Assembly: GCA_003518055.1 (NCBI GenBank)
Contig: DOZJ01000002.1
Span: 378,304 to 440,362, forward strand
Source: Candidatus Falkowbacteria bacterium
GTDB lineage: Bacteria; Patescibacteriota; Patescibacteriia; UBA11705
Direction: 5' to 3'
DNA: 62,059 bases
In this document: positions 46,844 through 55,199 of the stretch, piece after piece
How positions within the stretch are numbered: position 1 is the first letter of the stretch
Layout of the letters: every line of letters starts with the position of its first letter
Translations under genes and position numbers: made by a program
The notes under the pieces: generated by a model
The model's input: only the letters and a program-made list of their open reading frames with translations
What the model was told of the DNA's origin: nothing
Database searches by the model: none

Positions 46844-47203
46844 ATGAATTTATTTCAGCTTTTAATCATTGGGTTTTTGTTTATAACATTTTATCGCCTG
46901 ATAAAAAAAGTCCGGGATAGGCAAGTTAGTCAAGGATTGTTTTTGATTTGGTTTGTCCTTTGGCTGGCGGTTGGCGTTTTGGTGATATTTCCATCACTGA
47001 TGTCACGGATGGCGGAGCTGTCGGGGATCGGCCGCGGTGTTGATTTAGCGATTTATATTGCGATTATTATTTTACTCTATACTCAGTTCAAATTGTATCA
47101 TCGGCTTGAGGAACAGGATAAACGAATCAGTCATTTGGTACGCAAAATCGCTATTAATAACGCCCAAAAAAATGCCAATCCGAGTCGCGATAATCCTGCT
47201 TAA
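46844..47203 (+). CDS. Small membrane protein commonly paired with GT2 genes (DUF2304-like, 119 aa)
   Basis: Four TM helices. Positioned directly after a GT2 gene. Family name recalled from memory. Confidence 0.5.
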   Translation: MNLFQLLIIGFLFITFYRLIKKVRDRQVSQGLFLIWFVLWLAVGVLVIFPSLMSRMAELSGIGRGVDLAIYIAIIILLYTQFKLYHRLEEQDKRISHLVRKIAINNAQKNANPSRDNPA

Positions 47204-48230
47204 TTACAAAGATTATGCCGCCAGGTTTTTATCTGACTGCATTGAGTCTATCCGCCGGCTGGAATTTCCGTCCGGGTCTTTTAAAGTTTATATTGTGGAC
47301 AATGAATCCACCCCGATGACCGAAGCCTACATCTCACGCATTGCGCCCGAGGCGGATATAATTATTAATAAAGACAATTGCGGCTTTGCCGAGGGCAATA
47401 ATACCGGGGTTGAAGCTGCGATGCGAGACGGTTGCGATTTTGTATATTTTCTCAATATGGATACTGTCGCAGATCCCCACTGTTTGGAAAAAGTTTGGCA
47501 GACATACAAAACAGATGAAAAAAATGGTACAGTGCAGTCACGGCTGATGCTTCATCAAGAACCGGAAAAAATCAATAGTTTGGGGAATCTGCTTCATTTT
47601 CTCGGGTTCGGATATTGTGATCACTATAAAGAGCGTTTAACCGGCGCTGAGATTGATCATGAAATTACCTATTCAAGCGGCGCCGCATTGTTTATGTCAG
47701 TTGATGACTTTATGACTCTTGGCGGTTTTAATCCTGAATTTTTCATGTACCATGATGACGTTGATTTGGGGCTGAAAGTTAGGCTTCGCGGCTTGAAAAA
47801 TATGCTCTCAGTTGACTCGGTGGTTTATCATAAGTACGAATTTTCCCGCAGTATCTCCAAGTTTTATTGGATGGAGCGCAATCGGCTGATTACGTGGCTC
47901 GTTACGTTCAAAATTAAGACCTTAGTTCTGATTGCGCCGGCGGCAGTGATTATGGAGCTGGGTTTGATGGTTTACGCTTTGTCCGGCCATTGGATGAACG
48001 AAAAAATCAAAGCATATGCTTGGTTCGCCTCCATCTCGAATTGGAAAAAAATTATGGTTTGGCGCCGAGAATCCCAACAGTTGAGGCGGGTGTCGGACCG
48101 TAAATTGCTGTCCGGATTTGTTGGCCGAGTCATGTATCAGGAAGAGCTCAAACAACCCGTCGCGCAGATGATTGGTAATTTGTTTTTCAGCGCGTATTGG
48201 TTTTTAGCGCGTAAAATTATTTTTTGGTAG
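47172..48230 (+). CDS. GT2-family glycosyltransferase (352 aa)
   Basis: ORF track frame 47058, starting at MPIRVAIILLNYKDY (47172). VDNEST, GFAEGNN, LNMDT. Confidence 0.75.
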   Translation: MPIRVAIILLNYKDYAARFLSDCIESIRRLEFPSGSFKVYIVDNESTPMTEAYISRIAPEADIIINKDNCGFAEGNNTGVEAAMRDGCDFVYFLNMDTVADPHCLEKVWQTYKTDEKNGTVQSRLMLHQEPEKINSLGNLLHFLGFGYCDHYKERLTGAEIDHEITYSSGAALFMSVDDFMTLGGFNPEFFMYHDDVDLGLKVRLRGLKNMLSVDSVVYHKYEFSRSISKFYWMERNRLITWLVTFKIKTLVLIAPAAVIMELGLMVYALSGHWMNEKIKAYAWFASISNWKKIMVWRRESQQLRRVSDRKLLSGFVGRVMYQEELKQPVAQMIGNLFFSAYWFLARKIIFW

Positions 48231-48257
48231 AATTAAACTATCATTTTTTCATATTAT

Positions 48258-49400
48258 ATGAAAATTGCTCAAATAGTGTGCACCTTGCCGCCATATGGCG
48301 GCGGAATCGGTGTCGTCGCTCATAACTATGCCAAAGAGCTGGTCCGTCAAGGCCATGAGGTGGTGGTTTTTGTGCCGAGAAATAAAAAGCACCTCAAAAC
48401 CTTCTCCGATGATTATACGGTAAAACAGCTTTGGTCGCCGCTTCAGCTTGGTCATGGAGCGATTTTGCCGCAGCTCTTGTGGCGGCTGTTTAAATTTGAT
48501 GTCGTGCATATTCATTTCCCGTTTTTTGGAGCTGCTTTTTTTGTCCAGTTGGCCAAAAGAATCCGCGGGCCAAAAATGAAGCTGGTGCTGAGCTATCATA
48601 TGGATGTGATCGGCCACGGGATGAAAAAACGTCTGTTCAGCTTGTATAATCGGCTGATATTGAAGTGGTCGGTAAAGAATGCCGATAAAATTATCGTGTC
48701 ATCGATCGATTATATTGAAAACTCAAATCTTCGCGGCTATTATTTTGAAGCCAAGGAAAAATTTGTGGAGATTCCTTTCGGTGTTGACCGAGTATTTTCA
48801 CCGGCGAGAAAAAACCCCAGCTTGATGGAAAAATATCAGATTAAACCGGACAATATTGTTGTTGGCTTCGTGGGCGGGTTGGATTCGGCGCATTATTTCA
48901 AAGGGGTGAATAATCTCATCACCGCCGTCAGCAAAGTTGCCGATGATAAAATCAAGGCTATGATCGTCGGCGCCGGCAATCTCAAAAAAAGGTATGAGCA
49001 GCAAGCGGCTGATTTGGGCATCGGACCGCGCGTGATTTTTACCGGCTATATTTCCGATGAAGCCTTACCGGAGCATTATAATTTGTGTGATATTTTTGTT
49101 TTGCCATCAGTTGATAAATCTGAGGCCTTTGGTTTGGTTCTGCTCGAGGCGATGGCCTGCGGGAAGCCACTCATTGCGTCCAATTTGAAAGGAGTCCGGT
49201 CGGTGGTTGTACCCGGTCTTAACGGACTTTTGATTGAGCCGAATAATCCGCAGGACTTGGCGGATAAGATAAAATTTTTTGTCAGCAGCCCCAAATTGGT
49301 GCAGCAATTCCGGTTGAATGGAATTGAAACCGCCAATCAAAAATACCGCTGGCCAAAAGTGGTGGAAAAATTGGTCATGGAGTATAAACGTATCAATTAG
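48258..49400 (+). CDS. GT4-family (group 1) glycosyltransferase
   Basis: PSVDKSEAFGLVLLEAMACGKPLIASN (E-x7-E region). Confidence 0.8.
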   Translation: MKIAQIVCTLPPYGGGIGVVAHNYAKELVRQGHEVVVFVPRNKKHLKTFSDDYTVKQLWSPLQLGHGAILPQLLWRLFKFDVVHIHFPFFGAAFFVQLAKRIRGPKMKLVLSYHMDVIGHGMKKRLFSLYNRLILKWSVKNADKIIVSSIDYIENSNLRGYYFEAKEKFVEIPFGVDRVFSPARKNPSLMEKYQIKPDNIVVGFVGGLDSAHYFKGVNNLITAVSKVADDKIKAMIVGAGNLKKRYEQQAADLGIGPRVIFTGYISDEALPEHYNLCDIFVLPSVDKSEAFGLVLLEAMACGKPLIASNLKGVRSVVVPGLNGLLIEPNNPQDLADKIKFFVSSPKLVQQFRLNGIETANQKYRWPKVVEKLVMEYKRIN

Positions 49401-49402
49401 TT

Positions 49403-50107
49403 ATGTTGTCATTGTCAGTAATTATTCCGGTATATAATGAAGAGTCATATATAGATGCCTGCTTGAGTCAGGTGTCTGATTTTTTATCCCGGTTGTCGGC
49501 GGATTATGAAATTATTATCGTTAATGATGGCAGCACTGATTTGACCGCTGAAAGATTGAATAACTGGAGTCAACGGATAATTATCCTGAAAAATGAGGTT
49601 AATTCCGGCAAGGGCTTTTCAGTCCGTCGCGGCCTCTTGGCTGGGACTAAAAAGTGGCTTTTATATATGGATGCGGATCTTTCGACGCCGATCAATGAGT
49701 TGAACAAGTTTATTGTTCATTTGGATCAGGCGGACGCGTTAATCGGCTCGCGACGGCTGAAGGATAGTCATATTCTCAAGTCTCAGTCATTGTTTAAAAA
49801 TCTGGCTGGTAGGTTCGGTAATATTCTGATTCGTGCTTTTTCCGGTTTGGATTATGACGATACCCAATGTGGGTTTAAAATGTTAAGTCGTTCGCTGCAA
49901 CCGCTGGTAAAAAAAATGACAATAGACCGCTGGGGTTTTGATGTTGAGCTTCTTTATATTCTCAAAAAGCATAAAAAAATGATTCGGGAAGTTGCGGTTG
50001 ATTGGGTTAATAACGAAGATAGTAAAGTTAACCTTGGTGATTACCCGCGAACCTTGCTTGAGTTAATAAAGATTAAACAAAATGATCGTATGGGTTTGTA
50101 CCGATAA
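49403..50107 (+). CDS. GT2-family glycosyltransferase (dolichyl-phosphate glucosyltransferase-like)
   Basis: LSVIIPVYNEE, VNDGSTD, MDADLSTP. Confidence 0.8.
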   Translation: MLSLSVIIPVYNEESYIDACLSQVSDFLSRLSADYEIIIVNDGSTDLTAERLNNWSQRIIILKNEVNSGKGFSVRRGLLAGTKKWLLYMDADLSTPINELNKFIVHLDQADALIGSRRLKDSHILKSQSLFKNLAGRFGNILIRAFSGLDYDDTQCGFKMLSRSLQPLVKKMTIDRWGFDVELLYILKKHKKMIREVAVDWVNNEDSKVNLGDYPRTLLELIKIKQNDRMGLYR

Positions 50108-50116
50108 TATTAATCT

Positions 50117-51289
50117 ATGAAAATAGTCATCATCAATAACTTGTTTAAACCGTATAATATTGGCGGAGCGGAAAAAATCGTTGAACTCCAGGCGACTGCT
50201 TGGTCATCGGCGCATGACGTGACGATAATTACAACCAGTCCATTTAAAGGCATCAGTAGCCTTAAATTATCGGCTGATGAGACAGAAACCTATGCCTATA
50301 AAATTCTGCGTTTTTTCCCTTTAAATTTGTATCACTATTTGGACGGTCATGATTTTTTTTGGTTTGCCCGGCTGATTTGGAATTTTTTTGATGTGTTTAA
50401 TCTGCATTCATATTTGGTGATTCGTCAAAAACTGGCTGAAATTAAACCGGACATGGTCGTGTTTCACAATTTAAAAGGTATCGGTTATTTGCTTGGCCTT
50501 TTATCACGGAAATATCGTTGTGTTATGATTCTTCATGATGTGCAGTACGCCATTCCGAGCGGCTTACTCCTGAAATCTGAGGAAACAAAAAATTCAGAGT
50601 TGAATGGATTGTATTGTGACATCAATCGGCATTTGTTTTCCGGCGTCCAAAAGGTGATTGCCCCTTCGCAGTGGCTCTTGAATTTTTATCGTGACAAAGG
50701 TCTGTTTTCTTTGGCTAAAACGTATAAAGTTCCGAATCCGATTACCGGTCATGGAAGTTTTTCCGGATCGCGGACGCTGCATCAACCGCTGAAATTACTT
50801 TTTGTTGGCCAGATTGAAGATCACAAAGGCTTGGATTGGGCGTCAAATAATCTGGGATCAGAAATTGAGCTGGATATTGTCGGCTCGGGCAGTCAATTAC
50901 AAAATCTAAGGGACAAATATCCCTCAAAACCGTCTATTCGTTTTCACGGCCGGCTGGATAATCCAAACTTGACTCAGTTCTATCAGCAGGCAGACTATTT
51001 GCTGGTCCCATCGAGGTGCTATGAAAATTATCCAACCGTGATTCTGGAAGCCTTTGCTCATGGTTTGCCGGTTATTGGCGTGAGCCATGGTGGGGTGCCG
51101 GAATTAGTCGAAGAAGAAAAAACCGGGTTTTTATTCGAATCCGGTGTGGGTGACTCTTTGGTTAAAGCGGTTCAAAAAGCTCGATCTTGGGCAGATTATG
51201 AATCTCTCCGAACCGCCTGTCACCAGCGGGTGCAGCCCCAATCGGCTGAAAATTATGAAAAAACACTCTTAAGAATCGCACTTGAATAA
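50117..51289 (+). CDS. GT4-family glycosyltransferase
   Basis: PSRCYENYPTVILEAFAHGLPVIGVSHGGVPELV. Confidence 0.8.
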   Translation: MKIVIINNLFKPYNIGGAEKIVELQATAWSSAHDVTIITTSPFKGISSLKLSADETETYAYKILRFFPLNLYHYLDGHDFFWFARLIWNFFDVFNLHSYLVIRQKLAEIKPDMVVFHNLKGIGYLLGLLSRKYRCVMILHDVQYAIPSGLLLKSEETKNSELNGLYCDINRHLFSGVQKVIAPSQWLLNFYRDKGLFSLAKTYKVPNPITGHGSFSGSRTLHQPLKLLFVGQIEDHKGLDWASNNLGSEIELDIVGSGSQLQNLRDKYPSKPSIRFHGRLDNPNLTQFYQQADYLLVPSRCYENYPTVILEAFAHGLPVIGVSHGGVPELVEEEKTGFLFESGVGDSLVKAVQKARSWADYESLRTACHQRVQPQSAENYEKTLLRIALE

Positions 51290-51486
51290 ATATTGTTTTT
51301 TTGCTATGATTTCATTAGCTTTAATTTTACAAGCTAAGTATTATTACCGCTTATTTCTTGGGTTCAACTTTTCTTGCTAGCAAGAAATATGCGAGACAGA
51401 TGTTCGTTTATAGAATTTATGCACCATGGCGCGTGTCCTTTGGCAGAGAATTTATTGATTTGTTATTTATTATTTGTTTTCCCTAT

Positions 51487-51556
51487 GGGGGGTTCGTATA
51501 GTGGTAGTACAGCGGTCTCCATCCCGCCGTTCGCGAACGGCGGGATCCAAAACCGT
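51487..51556 (+). pseudogene. tRNA-Trp 5' fragment (positions 1 to about 43) carrying a 28-nt insertion (26-nt palindrome plus CC) inside the anticodon
   Basis: GGGGGGTTCGTATAGTGGTAGTACAGCGGTCTCC is identical to the intact gene. This is followed by ATCCCGCCGTTCGCGAACGGCGGGAT (a perfect 26-nt palindrome, 51521-51546) plus CC, then AAAACCGT, after which similarity ends. Confidence 0.7.
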
Positions 51557-51571
51557 CATTAAATCAAATGT

Positions 51572-51823
51572 ATGAAACTTTATTACGTATATTTATTGAG
51601 GGATCAAAATAAAAAGATTTATATTGGATACACAGAAAATTTAGAGCGGCGTTTTTGTGAACATTCTGCGAAGAAAGTTTATTACACAAAAAGATTGAAT
51701 AACCCGCAAATTTATTATTTTGAAGCTTATGTAGATGAAATTATGGCCAAAGAACGAGAGAGAAAATTGAAACAATATGGCTCGGCTTACATGGGTCTGA
51801 TGAAGAGAATTGGGTTGAAATAA
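51572..51823 (+). CDS. GIY-YIG nuclease-superfamily protein (83 aa)
   Basis: YYVYLLRDQNKKIYIGYTENLERRFCEH matches the GIY-(10-11 aa)-YIG plus R motif. Confidence 0.75.
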   Translation: MKLYYVYLLRDQNKKIYIGYTENLERRFCEHSAKKVYYTKRLNNPQIYYFEAYVDEIMAKERERKLKQYGSAYMGLMKRIGLK

Positions 51824-51837
51824 AATATTTATGGCAG

Positions 51838-51911
51838 GGGGGGTTCGTATAGTGGTAGTACAGCGGTCTCCAAAACCGTTAGCGAGGGTTCAATTCCTTC
51901 ACCCCCTGCCA
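51838..51911 (+). tRNA. tRNA-Trp(CCA): tRNA-Trp (anticodon CCA at 51870-51872), CCA end encoded
   Basis: Manual cloverleaf: acceptor GGGGGGT/ACCCCCT (G1-U72), D-arm GTAT-AGTGGTA-GTAC, anticodon arm GCGGT-CTCCAAA-ACCGT, T-arm GAGGG-TTCAATT-CCTTC. Confidence 0.8.
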
Positions 51912-51937
51912 TAAACATTTTATCCGAAAAGTAAAAA

Positions 51938-52026
51938 TAGGTTAGTACGGCGGGATCCATCCCGCCGTTCGCGAACGGCTGGATCCAAAACCGTTAGCGA
52001 GGGTTCAATTCCTTCACCCCCTGCCA
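51938..52026 (+). pseudogene. tRNA-Trp 3' fragment (D-arm remnant to CCA) carrying the same palindromic insertion
   Basis: ATAGGTTAGTACGGCGGGATCC, then ATCCCGCCGTTCGCGAACGGCTGGAT (51959-51984, one mismatch) plus CC, then AAAACCGTTAGCGAGGGTTCAATTCCTTCACCCCCTGCCA, which is identical to the intact 3' half. Confidence 0.7.
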
Positions 52027-52157
52027 GAAAAATTGTTTCTGAGTAAGAAAAAACACTTTGCTTTAAGGGTGTTTTTTTGATTGACAGTTTCACTTATTTA
52101 AGTTAAATTGACATATAAGTTCTTTACATTTAACTCAGCTAGCGAAAAGGCAGAAAC

Positions 52158-52376
52158 ATGGCCAAGCCAGCCAGTATGCGAGCGGTTTTTGATCTGGTTC
52201 AGAAATATCATTCCTTGAGGTTTAAGTTTAAACCGGGGACTCTTCCTTGGGAAGAACAAACGTATTTGACCCGTTATTTGTGGGTCGGGAAAGCCTCAAT
52301 TGTCACCGGCGTGGAATCAATCACAACTGTGACTTTTGGTTTGAATTCAATCGAAGATATCACTCCGGTCAACTAA
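52158..52376 (+). CDS. Small hypothetical protein (72 aa)
   Basis: ORF track. AAAGGCAGAAAC upstream. 28 nt before the MBL/cNMP gene. Confidence 0.45.
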   Translation: MAKPASMRAVFDLVQKYHSLRFKFKPGTLPWEEQTYLTRYLWVGKASIVTGVESITTVTFGLNSIEDITPVN

Positions 52377-52404
52377 CGACAAAGACAACCCTCAAGGAGG
52401 ACCC

Positions 52405-54558
52405 ATGAGTTCAAAAATTGTTGTTGATGAGATTATGCCCGGTTGCAAAGTGGCCAAAGTGGGTGGCACGGAGGTTATGTTCGGCTGTCCGTCTGAAGTG
52501 TTGAAGCTATTCAGCCGTCAGTCGAGGCAAATGCCCAAGATCATCGTCCTGCCGGATGAGTTTTATCGCTTTGGCGTGATTCAGGCGGCTTTGGAATTTG
52601 TGTTGTACGATTTCTTGTTTGTTCAGGGCCGGTTTTTCGCCGGCGAAAAATTGACAATCGTAAGCACTGAGGAGCAAGTTAACCGGATGGAAGAAATTTT
52701 GGAGTTGACGCTTCTCGGTCCGTCTCGCTGGCAGATGGAGCTTTGGGATATTCCGCCTGACATTATCGAGGATACGGTGAATTTGTCTCATCATTTCGCT
52801 CTCAAGCATCCGGGAACCGATCGGGTGGCGGCCATTGCCGATATGATAAATTTTGTGGCTTTCAACCATGATTTCGCAGAGCCTGATGGTCAAAATATTT
52901 TTATTGGCCACGGTGGCGCGAATATTTTTTCCGTCTCCGATGGTGTCAACAGTGATCGCGTTGATATCAATCTGCATGAAATGCAGGCGCCGCCGATTGA
53001 CATTCCTGTGCCTTTGACTTTGACGCCTCACGCGGTTTTCGGCGCGACGGCTATTAGTCAGTGTACTACCGGTTTTGATCCCAATGGCTACACTTCAGGA
53101 ATTTTGATTCACGTCAACGGCCTGATTATCTCCGCCGATGGTGTGGCTTGGATGAAGCCGCATTTGCAGAATCTGGGGATTAACCCCGCGGAAATTTCCG
53201 CTCATATTATCACGCACATTCATGATGATCACAGCAATATCTTTGACTTGATCGTCAACGGTGAAAAATTTCATCTTTTGGCGGACAAACTGGTTTATCA
53301 CTGCGTCGTGCGCAAAGCGGCGCTGCTACTCAATCTGTCAGAGGATAAAGTCGCTTCGTTTATCCACTGGATTGAATATAAATTAAATAAACCCCTAGAG
53401 TGGTATGGCGCGGTGTTTGAATTCTGGCCCACGGCGCATCCGATTCCGACCCGAGGCTTCAAAGTGACGGTCAGCGGCCATTCGATTATTTACAGCGGCG
53501 ATACGTGTTGGGGGTCTCAGCTCGCGGTCTTGGTTGGTAAAGGCGTGATCAGGGCGGATTTTGCTCAAAAGCTAAACGACGTGCCCAATCAAGACGCTGA
53601 TGTGATTTTTCATGATGCCGGCGGCGGTTTTGTTCATCCCTTGATTCATGAGTTGGCTGCTCTGCCGCCGCAGATTCGCCGTCATATTGTTCCCACTCAC
53701 TTGCCCAAACTGCCCCATGATTTGGTTGGTGTGTTTGAGCTGATTCATACTGGTCAAAACTGGATTTTGCTTCCTCAGAAAAGCTATGAGACCAGCACGT
53801 TTACTCAAATTCGTCGCGCGCCTTTGCTCGTCACTCTGAGCCCTGAATGGCGCAGTGTGATGTTGTCTCAGGGCACGGTTCAAGAATATCCTCCGGGTTA
53901 CATGTTGCTCAGGGAAGGTACTCCGGGTAAAAATTTTTATCTGCTTTTGGGCGGGACGGTTCAAGTATTGCAGGCAAACGAACAGGTGGCTTTGCTGTCA
54001 ACCGGTGATTTCTTTGGCGAGATTTCCTTGATGAGTGGTAGTGTCTGCAACGCTTCGATCATAACCAGAAGCCCGGTCAAAGTACTCGAATTGCCGCGGC
54101 ATATTTTTTTGGCCATGGTTCAAGCTACGGGTTTGGCGGCCAAGCTGGAAAAAATCCACAAAGTCCGTCCGATTTACATGCAGTTCTCATTGATGAAAAA
54201 TTTGCCAGCGGCGGTTCAAAACCGGTTGTTTGAAGTGACAAATATGGAGACTTGGTTGGCGGGTACGGTCATCATTCGTGAGGGTGATGTCGGTGATAAA
54301 GTTTATGGTATCATTGGCGGCCATGCTGAAGTGATTCATCTGGATCTATTGGGAGTAAGGCATAAACTGGCTGATTTGCATCCGGGGCAGATTTTTGGCG
54401 AGATGGCTTTCTTTGGTGATGGCCATCGCACGGCCGATGTGGCGGCGGTGACTGATATGACCGGTTTTTCCATTGATCGGGTCAGTTTTGAAGAAATCAT
54501 TGAAAACGTTCCGATGTTGAAATATGGTCTGGGTAAGCTGGCTGAGAGCCGCAAGTAG
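52405..54558 (+). CDS. Multidomain protein: unknown N-terminal domain, metallo-beta-lactamase-fold hydrolase, and two cyclic-nucleotide-binding domains (717 aa)
   Basis: AAGGAGGA SD. HIITHIHDDHSN (HxHxDH), later AHPIP / SGDT / FHDAGGG. Two CAP_ED-like segments (GDFFGEISLM...ASIIT and GQIFGEMAFFGDGHRTADVAA). Confidence 0.75.
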   Translation: MSSKIVVDEIMPGCKVAKVGGTEVMFGCPSEVLKLFSRQSRQMPKIIVLPDEFYRFGVIQAALEFVLYDFLFVQGRFFAGEKLTIVSTEEQVNRMEEILELTLLGPSRWQMELWDIPPDIIEDTVNLSHHFALKHPGTDRVAAIADMINFVAFNHDFAEPDGQNIFIGHGGANIFSVSDGVNSDRVDINLHEMQAPPIDIPVPLTLTPHAVFGATAISQCTTGFDPNGYTSGILIHVNGLIISADGVAWMKPHLQNLGINPAEISAHIITHIHDDHSNIFDLIVNGEKFHLLADKLVYHCVVRKAALLLNLSEDKVASFIHWIEYKLNKPLEWYGAVFEFWPTAHPIPTRGFKVTVSGHSIIYSGDTCWGSQLAVLVGKGVIRADFAQKLNDVPNQDADVIFHDAGGGFVHPLIHELAALPPQIRRHIVPTHLPKLPHDLVGVFELIHTGQNWILLPQKSYETSTFTQIRRAPLLVTLSPEWRSVMLSQGTVQEYPPGYMLLREGTPGKNFYLLLGGTVQVLQANEQVALLSTGDFFGEISLMSGSVCNASIITRSPVKVLELPRHIFLAMVQATGLAAKLEKIHKVRPIYMQFSLMKNLPAAVQNRLFEVTNMETWLAGTVIIREGDVGDKVYGIIGGHAEVIHLDLLGVRHKLADLHPGQIFGEMAFFGDGHRTADVAAVTDMTGFSIDRVSFEEIIENVPMLKYGLGKLAESRK

Positions 54559-54719
54559 AACAATCAACTGAAATACAGTTGATTTTTTTATAACCAAATA
54601 ATTCGGCTAATTTTAGATGTTTAAAGGTCACGGCGGAAGTTTTCTTTTTCATCCTGGTTGACAAAAAAATGATTGCATGATATTATAAATAGTCCCAATC
54701 ACAGCCAGGGAGGTCGATC

Positions 54720-55121
54720 ATGGAAGTGACGCATAATGGTTTGATCTTTCGTAATTCACAGCGTAATTTTGGGCTGCTTTATTTTGAGGTTGTCGTGCCG
54801 GCCGAGCTGGTTCCGGTCGTGACTACCAACGCGAACATGCCTTGCCCGAATGATCATATCTCCGGTGAGTGGCGTAATTATGACACCTACTGTCCGCGGT
54901 GCGGCGTTCACAAGTCTTCGCCTGAGATTACGCGGCCCCAGTTCATCATCCTTCCAGGGGTCAAGTATCATGATCCCCAGACCCTCGCTGACGGCTCCAT
55001 GATCCTTCGGTTCGAGCTGGCGCAGGGGAGTCAGAAGCTGCAGATCATCGCCGGGCCGCGTGGAGTCATTGCTCGTGTCACCTGGGATAAGGAAATGCCG
55101 ATGGAACTGTTCATCTGCTGA
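54720..55121 (+). CDS. G+C-enriched small zinc-ribbon protein (133 aa)
   Basis: GGGAGG SD. CPNDH...CPRCG. Confidence 0.55.
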   Translation: MEVTHNGLIFRNSQRNFGLLYFEVVVPAELVPVVTTNANMPCPNDHISGEWRNYDTYCPRCGVHKSSPEITRPQFIILPGVKYHDPQTLADGSMILRFELAQGSQKLQIIAGPRGVIARVTWDKEMPMELFIC

Positions 55122-55199
55122 TCTCAAAGTCGTAACCACGACTTTTTTTGATAATCCGAATAAATTTGCTATAATTATATTGAAATTAAAAACAAAAAT

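Noticed and set aside
51374-51562. 62-aa ORF spanning the 22-nt repeat and the tRNA-Trp 5' fragment
   Set aside because: It overlaps tRNA-derived sequence and the palindrome, and has no SD. It is not credible as coding.
51557-51937. Prophage or integrative element at tRNA-Trp
   Set aside because: Only a GIY-YIG ORF and a tRNA lie between the fragments. There are no integrase, capsid or replication genes. It is treated as a mini mobile unit in the findings, not as a prophage.
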